A DNA stretch of 63,416 nt, filler included, from Octopus bimaculoides (taxonomy: Eukaryota), in assembly GCF_001194135.2 (NCBI RefSeq). It is 5 parts of 5 records of this genome, joined end to end, with 100 filler letters (N's around TTAATTAATTAA, not from the genome) between each part and the next. Parts side by side here need not be neighbours in the genome. Positions count along the whole stretch, not along the records: positions 1 to 20,115 come from NC_069008.1; positions 20,216 to 32,224 come from NC_068984.1; 3 more parts are not named here. One strand, 5' to 3'. Below are positions 12,292-23,551 of this stretch, piece by piece. Position numbers and translations under genes: made by a program. The number at the start of each line of letters is the position of its first letter. Position 1 is the stretch's first letter. A model generated the notes under the pieces. That model saw nothing but the letters and a program-made list of their open reading frames with translations, searched no databases and was not told where the DNA came from.

Positions 12292-12450
12292 AGCTTCTTT
12301 CAGTTTCTGTCTAACAAATCCACTCTCAAGGTTTTGGTCAGTCCAACACCATAGTAGAAAATACCTACCCAAGGTGGCATGCAGTAGGACTGAACCTGGA
12401 ACCATATGGTTGGGAAGCAAGCTTCTTACCACAAGGCCATGCCTGCGCCT
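12290..12450 (-). mobile_element. SINE family A, 5' half
   Basis: Head + CORE-like block, ~135 bp from the PTRH2 donor. Confidence 0.85.
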
Positions 12451-12583
12451 ATACATACTTTTGCACAAAGACACACACACACCTACACATACTTTCACAC
12501 AAACATACTTATACACACACAGAACTGAATGTAAGTGAAACACAGGTATTCATGAGAACAGGGGTACGGATGATTACACTAAC

Positions 12584-12673
12584 CTGTGCTGCAATTTTAC
12601 CCTTCCCCATCTTCAGATCCGATCGAACAACAACAACAAACTTCATTTCTCCGTTATTGGCCAATCCACCAAT
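12584..12673 (-). CDS. PTRH2: PTRH2 second coding exon (start of PTH2 catalytic domain)
   Basis: Acceptor ttttcctttgtatgtttcag|, 90 nt = IGGLANNGEMKFVVVVRSDLKMGKGKIAAQ, donor CAG|gttagt. Matches the PTH2 family signature K(M/L)xLVVRxDLKMGKGKxAAQ. Confidence 0.93.
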
Positions 12674-13139
12674 CTGAAACATACAAAGGAAAACACATCA
12701 ATATTACCATCATCATCATCATCATCATCGAAATCATCACCTTTGTAATTATCATCATCAACATCATCATCATAATCATCACCATCCTCATTATTACCAC
12801 TGCCACCATAATTGTCAACACCATCATTATCATCATCATCAAGATCATCAATATATCAACATCACCATCATCATCATCTCCAGCTTAATTACCATCATCA
12901 ACATTCGTCAAAATTATTACCGTCTTCATCATGATCATCGCCAATCATAATTGTTGTTACCATTATCATCTGTCATCCTACTTCCACTCAGTGCACTTCC
13001 TATTCTGTCTCAAATTCACGTTGTACCTGGACTCCACTTCTCTACCTCTTCAACAAGACATCTACTCCTCTCCCTCCATCATAGTTTCTTAATCCTCCAG
13101 TCTATACCCAACTCAGTTGATGGGGTCTTATCTTGCAGC

Positions 13140-13330
13140 TACTTGGCAACCTCACTGGTGCAGGTGCCACATACAATGCAACTAGTACACTCTGTTGAGT
13201 GATTGACATTAGGAAGGGCATTCAGCCAGGGAAAACCAGGCCAAGACAGACATAGAACCTGGCAGAGCCCTCTGGCCCATCTGTTCACATCAAACTCTCC
13301 AACCCATGCCAGCATGGAAAAAGGGACCTT
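13140..13330 (+). mobile_element. Family E segment
   Basis: gacattaggaagggcattcagcc...ccaacccatgccagcatggaaa. Confidence 0.7.
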
Positions 13331-13342
13331 AAATTTTGACTG

Positions 13343-13542
13343 TTCTTTTATTCTTTTACTTGTTTCAGTCATTTGACTGCAGCCATGCTGGAGCACCACC
13401 TTTCGTTGAACAAATCGACCCCAGGACTTATTCTTTGTAAGCCTAGTACTTATTCTATTGGTCTCTCTTTTGCTGAACCATTAAGTTACAAGGACGTAAA
13501 CACACCAACATCGGTTGTCAAGGGATAAACACAGACATACAA

Positions 13543-13577
<35 letters not shown>

Positions 13578-13742
13578 CATGACAGGCTTCTTTCAGCTTC
13601 TGTCTATCAAATCCGCTCACAAGGCTTTGGTTGGCTTGAGGCTATAGTAGAAGACACTTGCCCAAGGTGCCACACAGTGGAACCAAACCCAGAACCATGT
13701 GGTTAGGAAGCAAGCTTCTTACCACACAGCCACTCTTGCGCC
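13343..13742 (-). mobile_element. SINE family A, full length
   Basis: Complete copy in the PTRH2 intron between the two coding exons. Confidence 0.9.
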
Positions 13743-13899
13743 TGTCAAAATTATCATCATCATCATTCAACTAAAAATTCTTCAAAGCGGTGCCCCAGCA
13801 TGGCCTAATGACTGAAACAAGTAAAAGATAATAAAAGTACTAACACAGCATTGCTTTCAATAACTACCACTACCACCACCACCACAGCTGCCCCTGTCA

Positions 13900-14120
13900 C
13901 CACCAACTTCCACTTTGCCATGTTCACATGCCTCAGGGGGAACTCTTTGAAGTGTGTTCTCTACAGCCGGATGCCCTTTCTGTTGCCAAACCTCACCTGT
14001 TTCCAAGTAAGGTATCATTTGCCTATGACAGAACACATTTTTTTCATAGGTAATTGGATGACAGTGACACTCGTTTACAATCATCACACAATATCAAGAG
14101 AAGAAGACACAAACACACAC
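13900..14120 (-). mobile_element. Family E segment
   Basis: ctctacagccggatgccctttctgttgccaaacctcacctgtttccaagtaagg, also seen at 6430-6500. Confidence 0.7.
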
Positions 14121-14178
14121 ATACACATGTATGCACAAGCATACACATACACAAGTATGCACACATACAAAAAATATA

Positions 14179-14220
<42 letters not shown>

Positions 14221-14269
14221 CACATATATATGTATGGAGAGATAGAGTGGGGAGGAGAGATGTAAGCAA

Positions 14270-14530
14270 AGTCAAATCCAGTGTTGGGGCCAACGTCGTG
14301 CAAGCATGAAGGCAATGCTGGCAAAACACTGCTCCTCTAAAGGGAAACCTTACCTGTCATTGTGGTTTTGTGGCATGAAGCAAAGCAAGTCTTGCCATCC
14401 ACTCAAGAAAACACATAGTAAATGATCCACAAGCACTCAAGCAAATGAGTCCTTAACTTGTTCCCTTTGCCAAAAGGTTTACAAGGCACCAGCAGGCCTC
14501 AAGAGACCCATTCATGTCCATACAACATGA
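14270..14530 (+). mobile_element. Decayed LINE 3' end (RTE-type C-terminal Cys/His motif)
   Basis: KGNLTCHCGFVA*SKASLAIHSRKH resembles the CxxCG...L.xHxR.H tail of RTE-type ORFs. Confidence 0.5.
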
Positions 14531-14619
14531 TTAACGCTTTAGTTTACTGAACCCTCATTTGAATCCATCATAGATAGATAGATAGAAAAAAGAGTATGAG
14601 AGAAAGAGCTACACATATA

Positions 14620-14790
14620 TGCACAATGAGTTCCTTTCAGTTTCCATCTCCCAAATTTACTCACAAGGCTTTAGTCAGCCCATGGCTGTAGTAGAAGATA
14701 CTTGTCCAAGGCACCACAGAGTGGGATTGAACCAGAAACCATATGGCTTGGAAGCAACTTTCTTAACCACGCAGCCATGCTTGCACCTAT
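14620..14790 (-). mobile_element. SINE family A, 5' half, decayed
   Basis: ctttcagtttccatctcccaaatttactcacaaggc...cacgcagccatgc. Confidence 0.8.
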
Positions 14791-14939
14791 ATAAGAGTCA
14801 TACACAATAGGTTAATAAAACTTTATGAGGTTGAGCAACACCTCTGTGAGATGACTTCTGGTGGTTTGCTCTGCTTGAGAAGACACGTCGGGCTAAGTAA
14901 AATCATGGTTACTCACACATAGAGGAATGTCCTTTGCAG

Positions 14940-15400
14940 CAATCACAATTCTCCTCTGGTGATCCCACAGGTGCTGGTGTTCTGTAAAAATGCACCTGTG
15001 CTGGTGCCACTTAAGAAAACACCTATGCCAGCAGCATGTAAAAAAGGACCCGTGCCAGCACCACATGGGACAACATCCATACTGGTGTCACATAAAAAAG
15101 TACATGTGCCAACGCCAGGTAAGAAAGCACTCATGTCAGTGCCATGTGAAAAAGCAGCCAGTATACCCTGTAAAGAGGTTAGCGTTAGGAAGGGCACCAG
15201 CTGTAGAAGCTATACCAAAACTGATGACTGGTGCCTGGTGCAGCCCTTCCCAGCTCCAATCAAACCATCCAACCCATGCCAGCATGAAAAAAACAGACAT
15301 TACATGATGATGATGATGATAATAATGAAGATGGTGTTTGATTTTACTGTCCAACCCATACCAGCATGGAAAACTGACGTGAAACAATGATGATGATGAT
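14940..15400 (+). mobile_element. Family E copy with internal 27-bp tandem array and double tail
   Basis: Six 27-bp units at 14986-15147, then gcgttaggaagggcaccagctgtagaag and two ccaacccatgccagcatg tails. Confidence 0.75.
14986..15147 (+). repeat. 27-bp minisatellite, 6 diverged units
   Basis: Units such as aaaaatgcacctgtgctggtgccactt / aagaaaacacctatgccagcagcatgt / aaaaaaggacccgtgccagcaccacat at an exact 27-nt period. Confidence 0.85.
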
Positions 15401-15495
15401 GATGAAAGAGTAACTTGTGACAATCTCATGTTGGATCTAGCATAAACTGACAATGAAGATGAGACAAAAATATACGGAATTGTTCATAAACTTAC

Positions 15496-15624
15496 CTCAT
15501 CGGCCATGAACTTTGGAGTACGAGCAAAGAGTTTTCTCTGGAATAACAAGGTCAGCGTTATCCCTATTCCTAATCCTGCTGACAAGGCTAATGCCAAATT
15601 CATTTCATTGTCATTCAACTTCAT
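15496..15624 (-). CDS. PTRH2: PTRH2 first coding exon (N-terminal membrane anchor)
   Basis: Minus strand: polypyrimidine acceptor ttttcttcccatcag| (exon starts 15650), in-frame upstream TGA, CAAC-ATG at 15624, MKLNDNEMNLALALSAGLGIGITLTLLFQRKLFARTPKFMADE (43 codons), donor GAG|gtaagt at 15496/15495. Phase 0 matches the next exon; hydrophobic stretch followed by basic residues is typical of the PTH2 anchor. Confidence 0.85.
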
Positions 15625-15714
15625 GTTGTTGCATCAGGTTAATGCTAAGGCTGATGGGAAGAAAAAAAAAAGGGAAAAGATAAGGTTAGACTTAAACCTA
15701 AATGTTGTTGCTTA

Positions 15715-15880
15715 ACCTCAGAAAAGAGGCCAGACCACCATTCTGTCAGTTACAATGAACAGGGTTCCAGTTGATCAATGGAACAGCCTGATCATGAAAT
15801 TAACATGCAAGTAGCTGAGTACTCCACAGACATGCATACCCTTAATGTAGTTCTTAGGGGTATTCAGCATGACACAGAAT
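15715..15880 (-). mobile_element. SINE family C 3' part, CpG-decayed
   Basis: gggttccagttgatcaatggaacagcctgatcatgaaattaacatgcaagtagctgagtactccacagac matches the family C tail with CG to TG/CA changes. Confidence 0.8.
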
Positions 15881-15982
15881 GAGACAATATATATATATAT
15901 ATAATTAAGATAATAATATTAGGGATAAAAATCCAAATTTACAGGTAAAAACTCAATTAAATTCAAATTATCAAAAATTAAA

Positions 15983-16163
15983 ATTAAATTAAGTTTCACA
16001 GTATATATAATATATAAATATATAATTTAGAGAAAAGAACCAAAGTTCTTTTTAGTGTATTTACTTATTAAATTTTTCTATATGTGACTGTGGATTTTCA
16101 TGGATGAGTTCACGAACTTTGGTTCTTTTCTCTAAATTATATATTATATACTGTGAAACTTAA

Positions 16164-16169
<6 letters not shown>
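15983..16169. repeat. Long inverted repeat (~55-bp arms, 65-bp spacer)
   Basis: attaaattaagtttcacagtata...atttagagaaaagaaccaaagttc (15983-16048) pairs with gaactttggttcttttctctaaattatatattatatactgtgaaacttaatttaat (16114-16169). Confidence 0.9.
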
Positions 16170-16244
<75 letters not shown>

Positions 16245-16419
16245 TTGATAGATACACACACACACACATACATACATATTTTACTTAGGCATTGCCAGAC
16301 GAATAACCTAGTGTAGAACTCAATATACATATGCTTCAGAACAAAGTGTCAGTTGAGAACAAAGAGGAATAAGAAAATGAGATGACAAAAGAAGAAACGA
16401 TTATCTAATGAACTTCATT

Positions 16420-16500
16420 AGCTTACAGTTGTTTCTGCTATAAGATGCAGTGGATTCATAGTCGAGTGCCTGAGTAATACCTTATAGCTTCACTGGAGCT
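16420..16500 (-). ncRNA. Hammerhead architecture with degenerate core, in a Penelope-type end
   Basis: Minus: agct-CCAGUGA-a-gctataag(36-nt loop)cttatagc-a-GAAA-caactg-UA-agct; core differs from CUGAUGA at three positions. Confidence 0.5.
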
Positions 16501-16814
16501 TCAAATATACATACATATATATAATATACATATATATTTATATATATCCATATCCATAGACACATATATACTGTCAAAAGAGATAAATAGAATAAGTACC
16601 TGACTTAAAAATAAATAAGTGCTGGGGTCAATTCATTCGACTAAGTTTTTTTAAGGCAGAGCCCTACCATGGCTGCAGTCCAATGAATAAAACCGATAAA
16701 AGATGTATTTGTGTGTGTGTATGTGCCTATATATTTATAGATACACTATGTTTAAAGCAATAAATCAATTAGTAGGTCATGACTGGAATGTCTTTGATTA
16801 TAGGTTTGGTCTCA

Positions 16815-16970
16815 TGAGGATGTGTAGCTTAGTGGTTAGGGTACCTGGCTCATGGTTGTAAGGTCATGACTTTCATACCTGATGGTACATTGAGCAAGAC
16901 ACTTTATTTCACACGGCTCCAGTCCACTCAGCTGGCAAAAATGAGTAGAACCTGGATTTCAATGGACCAG
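16815..16970 (+). mobile_element. SINE family D (tRNA + CORE-like + ccagtccactcagctggc)
   Basis: tagcttagtggttagg...ttgagcaagacactttatttcac...ccagtccactcagctggcaaaaatgagt. Confidence 0.75.
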
Positions 16971-17696
16971 CCTTGCTGCACCCAACCTACAATGTTATTC
17001 TAAATATAAACAATCACATCATGGAAATCTTTAAGCAATGAGGTAACACATGGTAAATTCAAAACAATGTGAATAAATAAACATTACATTTGGCAGAGTA
17101 ATCTGAATGCCAAAGAGTTCAACCAGCCATTCACAGACCAAATTTTCAATTTATTTTATATTTAAGCTAGACACATCTGGTCCAAATCTTCAACCTCCTT
17201 CTGTTCAAATTGATCAGATCCAGCTTCCCCAACAATGTCATTCTAAAAATAAACAATCACATAATTGAAATCACATCTCATGCACACACACACACAGATC
17301 AAAAAGAAGAATCAACAAAAAGTACTCCATCCAGTGAGGAGATAATTGTCAATTTAATACCCAACCAAAAGAGCTCCTAACAGTTTCATGCTTTTATGGT
17401 ACTTGAACAGGCATATTTATATATATATACACACACACATACACATATATAAATGCATATATATGCCCACATACATATATATATATCACACACAAGTAAG
17501 AATGTAAATGCAAACCAAGTTAGAAAAAATAGTACATGAATACCAAAGGTAGAGTAATGTGGTTTTTATTAAAAATCAAAAAATCTTCACAAACAGTTAT
17601 TCCAGAATTTCATATTACCATTCATTGGACAGTTGTGATCATTGCACTTGGATAACAAATGATAACTCTGAACAACAGTTTGTGAAATTTTTTTCT

Positions 17697-18050
17697 GAGT
17701 GGTTGTGTGGTAAGAAGCTTGCTTCCCAACCACATGGTTCCAGGTTCAGTCCCACTGCGTGGCACCTTAGGCAAGTGTCTTCTACTATAGCTTCGGGCTG
17801 ACCAAAGCCTTGTGAGTGGATTTGCTAGACAGAAACTGTAAGAAGCCGGTTGTGGATATATATATGTTTTTGTGTGTCTGTGCTTGACACTGATGTTGGT
17901 GTGTTTACTTCCCCGTAACTTAACAGTTCAGCAAAAGAGACCGATAAAATAAGTACTAGGCTTACAAAGAATAAGTCCTGGGGTTGATTTGTTCGACTAA
18001 AGGCAGTGCTCCAGCATGGCCATGGTCAAATGACTGAAACAAGTAAAAGA
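17697..18050 (+). mobile_element. SINE family A, full length
   Basis: Head gagtggttgtgtggtaagaagcttgcttcccaacc to tail gaaacaagtaaaaga. Confidence 0.9.
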
Positions 18051-18369
18051 ATATATATATACATGTATGTATGTGTCCATGTATTTATATATCAACATGG
18101 CATTCATTGCCTTGTAAACAATGGCTTCCTAACAAATCTTGGCATGCAATCTTTGTACACAAAGGGCTCCTCTGTTCCCAGTTTCCTGCATTAAACATGC
18201 CCATACTTTTAGCTGTTCAGCAGACTGAGAGATAATTACATCACTTGAAAACAAGCTGGAGTTGGTGACAGGAAGGAGATCAAGCCTCAGAAAAGTCTGC
18301 TTCAACATACTCCTCTATGTTCTGCTATGAAAGCTGTGCATTTGTAGAGAGATAAAAAAAAAAATACTG

Positions 18370-18830
18370 TGTGTGTGTGATCTTAAAACCAAGGTGTCAC
18401 TTAAAAAGCACAGGTAATGGTACATGTAAAAAGCACCCAACCCAGTACACTCTGTAAAGTGGTTGGCATTAGGAAGAGCATCCTGCTGCAAAAGCCAAGC
18501 CGAAACAGATTATGGAACCTAGTGCAGTCTTCTGTCAAGCCATCCAACTCATGCCATCATGGAAAACAGACATGAAATGATGATGATGATGATATATAAT
18601 CAACACTCATTTATTGCCCACTTTTTCATACTTGCATGTGTGAGACAGAACTTCTTGAGGCAGATTTTCTATGGTTGCACGCCCATTCAGTCACTACCAC
18701 CACTATCACCATCACACACACACATGGACGGATGGAAAATGAATGACACTGCTTTTATAATGGTGACACTAATTTACAACTATTGTGCTATGTCAAGACA
18801 AGGAGAAACAAACATACACACACTTACGCA
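18370..18830. mobile_element. Two family E segments tail-to-tail (18370-18590 plus; 18620-18830 minus)
   Basis: gtaaagtggttggcattaggaagagcatcc...catggaaaacagacatgaaatgatgatg. Confidence 0.65.
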
Positions 18831-18854
18831 TACAGATTATCTATCTATCCATCT

Positions 18855-18897
<43 letters not shown>

Positions 18898-19199
18898 TGT
18901 TTACATATATATATGCAGTAGTATATTCATGGAAGATTCTGGAGGGGTTGTGTTGTGATGAGTCACAACGCCCCCTTGCGAGAAATAGACTGGATCAAGT
19001 GATTATAAATAGTGGCAGTCAGAATGAAGTTTGTGTGTTAGTTCGAGTTGAGTTCGGGGTGAAGTTGGAAGGTGTCAGTTGGTCAGTTCATCTGGAATAT
19101 TGATTGTTGGTTCATGAAGAGATTGTAGGATCGTTACATTGTTATTATGGCTGCATTGTTATCTTAATTACTGTTACTACACTGGTACAGTGCATCTAA

Positions 19200-19600
19200 A
19201 CCATCCGTTACAATATCATGATGGTACCACAACATTCAGAGATGGAGGTTGGCACCAAGTGTTGGCATAGAGAGCTATACCAGCTCCTGAAATGGACATC
19301 ACTGCACTATTCCAAAGATCCCAGCTATCTCGTCTAAAGTGAGGACCATATACTACAGTAGCTTGGGATTCAGGGGCCCACGGCTATTTAATGCCTTACC
19401 AAAACATCTGAGAGATCTTCATGGAGTAGGAGTAGATGTTTCAAGAAACAACTTGACCTCTTTCTGTCCAAGGTTCCAGATGAACCAATATCATGGCAAG
19501 AAACTCAACAGAGGGCAGCAGTGTCGCTCTCCCTCCTTCATTAGAAGCCAATCGCATAAGAATGGTAATGGAAAAGGTGATTGCACTAGAGGTGCTGAAA
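19200..19600 (+). mobile_element. CR1/L2-supergroup LINE 3' fragment
   Basis: GHHCTIPKIPAISSKVRTIYYSSLGFRGPRLFNALPKHLRDLHGVGVDV-FKKQLDLFLSKVPDEP (one frameshift), a typical LINE C-terminal (L/W)FN.LP...R...FK..LD.FL motif. Confidence 0.75.
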
Positions 19601-19619
19601 CATGTAAAAGAATATATGA

Positions 19620-20040
19620 CAAACTTTATTCAATTTCCGTCTACCAAATCCACTCACAAGTCTGCCCAAGACTTTAGTGGAAGGCAATTGCCCAAAGTTT
19701 CATGTGGTAGGACTAAACCTGGAACCATGTAGTTGGGAAACAAACTTCTTAACCACACAATTATGCACATGCCTTATACAGCAAAGAGGAAAAGAGTTGA
19801 GGGAGAATACAGTAGCAATTCAGTAATAACTGACTGTTCCACCTTATTTTAGTGACTATGGAAGAGTCTATTGTAATTGTTACAGCTGTAAAGTAAGAGA
19901 ATAAGAATCCGCAGACATGGCTGGGTAGTGAGTAGCTTGCTTCCCAACCACATGTGTGGGACCTTGGGTAAGTGTTTTCTCCTATAGTTGACAAAGGCCT
20001 TGTGAGTGGATTTGGTAGACAGAGACTGAAAGAAGCTCAT
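19620..20040. mobile_element. Two SINE family A 5' halves in opposite orientation (19620-19770 minus; 19915-20040 plus)
   Basis: Both carry the accaaatccactcacaag block in opposite senses. Confidence 0.8.
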
Positions 20041-20075
20041 TGTGTGTGTGTGTATATATATCTTTATATATATAT

Positions 20076-20115
<40 letters not shown>

Positions 20116-20215
20116 NNNNNNNNNNNNNNNNNNNNNNNNNNNNNNNNNNNNNNNNNNNNTTAATTAATTAANNNNNNNNNNNNNNNNNNNNNNNNNNNNN
20201 NNNNNNNNNNNNNNN
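20116..20215. other. Scaffold join: 44 N + TTAATTAATTAA + 44 N
   Basis: Identical 100-bp construct at four places; linker has stops in all six frames. Confidence 0.95.
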
Positions 20216-20260
<45 letters not shown>

Positions 20261-20736
20261 GTATGTATGTATGATTATGAAGTTATTCGCGTTCGGAACA
20301 AAATATATAGTTTTGCAGTAGGAAAACTTTGAAGATTAATAACTTAAATCACGATCAACCGAATGACAAAAGATTACGCAGCAATGAATACCAGTTGACA
20401 GAGAGTCTTGTTGTCAGGAGGGGAGTCACGCTGAGAAGCAATTCAAAAGATCGTCTCAGATATGACAAGGCGGAACTCGGCGTAAAATAAAGAGTTGAGA
20501 GTTTGCGGTGGGCATTACGTATAACTTCTTTAAATTTTAATCTGTTTTTCTTGCTTCATATTTAGATATTATTTACGATTAAACATGCTTAATATAAATC
20601 AATTGTAATGTAATAATGTTCAACTTTGTTTAAAAGTCAACAGAAAACTTGAAATAGCTTCAAACACTTAAAAGTAAGTAATTTGTTAACTTTTCGGAAC
20701 TTTCTTGAGAAACACCTGAGAAGCTGTGTGTGTGTA

Positions 20737-20771
<35 letters not shown>

Positions 20772-21167
20772 ATACATGAGCGTACATGTTTGAATGAATA
20801 TATGTATGTACATATGGTTACATACGTACATACTTACGTATGCGCGTATGTATCTGTGTATGCACATATCTGTGTATGCACGTGTTTGTATATGCACGTA
20901 TGTATGTATGTATGTATGTATGTATGAATGGATATATTTGTGTATCTGTGTATACATGTGTATGTGTATAAATGCGCACAAATATTATATTTGTGCATAA
21001 ACAATAAGGACACTCACACATACACACACACACTACACATACACTATACACATACTCATATTTTTACATACATAACAGACACACACCTATATGTATCTAC
21101 GTATATATGCATGCATGTATGTACGTATGTATGTGTGTGTGTATATATATATATATGTATATATATA

Positions 21168-21230
<63 letters not shown>

Positions 21231-22534
21231 NNNNNNNNNNNNNNNNNNNNNNNNNNNNNNNNNNNNNNNNNNNNNNNNNNNNNNNNNNNNNNNNNNNNNN
21301 NNNNNNNNNNNNNNNNNNNNNNNNNNNNNNNNNNNNNNNNNNNNNNNNNNNNNNNNNNNNNNNNNNNNNNNNNNNNNNNNNNNNNNNNNNNNNNNNNNNN
21401 NNNNNNNNNNNNNNNNNNNNNNNNNNNNNNNNNNNNNNNNNNNNNNNNNNNNNNNNNNNNNNNNNNNNNNNNNNNNNNNNNNNNNNNNNNNNNNNNNNNN
21501 NNNNNNNNNNNNNNNNNNNNNNNNNNNNNNNNNNNNNNNNNNNNNNNNNNNNNNNNNNNNNNNNNNNNNNNNNNNNNNNNNNNNNNNNNNNNNNNNNNNN
21601 NNNNNNNNNNNNNNNNNNNNNNNNNNNNNNNNNNNNNNNNNNNNNNNNNNNNNNNNNNNNNNNNNNNNNNNNNNNNNNNNNNNNNNNNNNNNNNNNNNNN
21701 NNNNNNNNNNNNNNNNNNNNNNNNNNNNNNNNNNNNNNNNNNNNNNNNNNNNNNNNNNNNNNNNNNNNNNNNNNNNNNNNNNNNNNNNNNNNNNNNNNNN
21801 NNNNNNNNNNNNNNNNNNNNNNNNNNNNNNNNNNNNNNNNNNNNNNNNNNNNNNNNNNNNNNNNNNNNNNNNNNNNNNNNNNNNNNNNNNNNNNNNNNNN
21901 NNNNNNNNNNNNNNNNNNNNNNNNNNNNNNNNNNNNNNNNNNNNNNNNNNNNNNNNNNNNNNNNNNNNNNNNNNNNNNNNNNNNNNNNNNNNNNNNNNNN
22001 NNNNNNNNNNNNNNNNNNNNNNNNNNNNNNNNNNNNNNNNNNNNNNNNNNNNNNNNNNNNNNNNNNNNNNNNNNNNNNNNNNNNNNNNNNNNNNNNNNNN
22101 NNNNNNNNNNNNNNNNNNNNNNNNNNNNNNNNNNNNNNNNNNNNNNNNNNNNNNNTATATATATATATATACATATTTGTGTATGTATGTATATATATTT
22201 ACTTCTACACCACACCCATATGTATATACTTGTACAAACGCACGTACCTTACAAAAAGCACATGCTCGGATACGCACGCATATACCTAAGAAGCTGAAGA
22301 TCGTGATATGTACTAACATTTTGTTATTAAGTAACATATATGTAGTATCAAATAGTGAAAAAACTATGATTTCTTCGATATAATAATATGATGTACAATA
22401 TAAAGCGCATTATCTTTACAGCTGTAAGTACAGCAATAACAATATGAACCTCAGAAATTTGGAGTTGGGGGAAGAAGTCTGTCCATACTGGCCTTTTAGG
22501 TAGCAGTGAAGTAGAACTACTAGAGGTCACCACC

Positions 22535-22680
22535 AGACTGGGAAAAGTATTAATTTTTCAACCCTGAAAGGATGAAAGGCAAAGTCGACCTTGGCGGAAT
22601 TTGAACACAGAGCGTAAGGACGGGCGAAATGCCGTTAAGCATTTTGCCCAGCGCACTAACAATTGTACCAGCTCGTCGCT

Positions 22681-22682
<2 letters not shown>
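22535..22682 (-). mobile_element. SINE family B, head abutting an (AAT)n array
   Basis: ccctgaaaggatgaaaggcaaagtcgaccttggcggaatttgaac...ccagctcgtcgcttt then (aat)n. Confidence 0.85.
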
Positions 22683-22712
<30 letters not shown>

Positions 22713-22860
22713 CCCACTTTCTGTAGTCCTACGCAAAATCAACGTGCACTATGAGCTTAGAAAGAATGGACCTCGTCTCAACCACCTTCTCTTCATGAAT
22801 GATTTAAATATGTTCGCAGAAACAGAACCTGAAATGGAGAGGCTGGTTGAAACTGTGGAA
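22713..22860 (+). mobile_element. R4/Dong-type non-LTR RT fragment starting at an (AAT)n array
   Basis: PLSVVLRKINVHYELRKNGPRLNHLLFMNDLNMFAE resembles R4-clade NHLL(F/Y)MDDLKL(Y/F)A, with the catalytic YMDD motif decayed to FMND. Confidence 0.75.
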
Positions 22861-23551
22861 ATGTTGTTGCAAGTATATANNNNNNNNNNNNNNNNNNNNN
22901 NNNNNNNNNNNNNNNNNNNNNNNNNNNNNNNNNNNNNNNNNNNNNNNNNNNNNNNNNNNNNNNNNNNNNNNNNNNNNNNNNNNNNNNNNNNNNNNNNNNN
23001 NNNNNNNNNNNNNNNNNNNNNNNNNNNNNNNNNNNNNNNNNNNNNNNNNNNNNNNNNNNNNNNNNNNNNNNNNNNNNNNNNNNNNNNNNNNNNNNNNNNN
23101 NNNNNNNNNNNNNNNNNNNNNNNNNNNNNNNNNNNNNNNNNNNNNNNNNNNNNNNNNNNNNNNNNNNNNNNNNNNNNNNNNNNNNNNNNNNNNNNNNNNN
23201 NNNNNNNNNNNNNNNNNNNNNNNNNNNNNNNNNNNNNNNNNNNNNNNNNNNNNNNNNNNNNNNNNNNNNNNNNNNNNNNNNNNNNNNNNNNNNNNNNNNN
23301 NNNNNNNNNNNNNNNNNNNNNNNNNNNNNNNNNNNNNNNNNNNNNNNNNNNNNNNNNNNNNNNNNNNNNNNNNNNNNNNNNNNNNNNNNNNNNNNNNNNN
23401 NNNNNNNNNNNNNNNNNNNNNNNNNNNNNNNNNNNNNNNNNNNNNNNNNNNNNNNNNNNNNNNNNNNNNNNNNNNNNNNNNNNNNNNNNNNNNNNNNNNN
23501 NNNNNNNNNNNNNNNNNNNNNNNNNNNNNNNNNNNNNNNNNNNNNNNNNNN

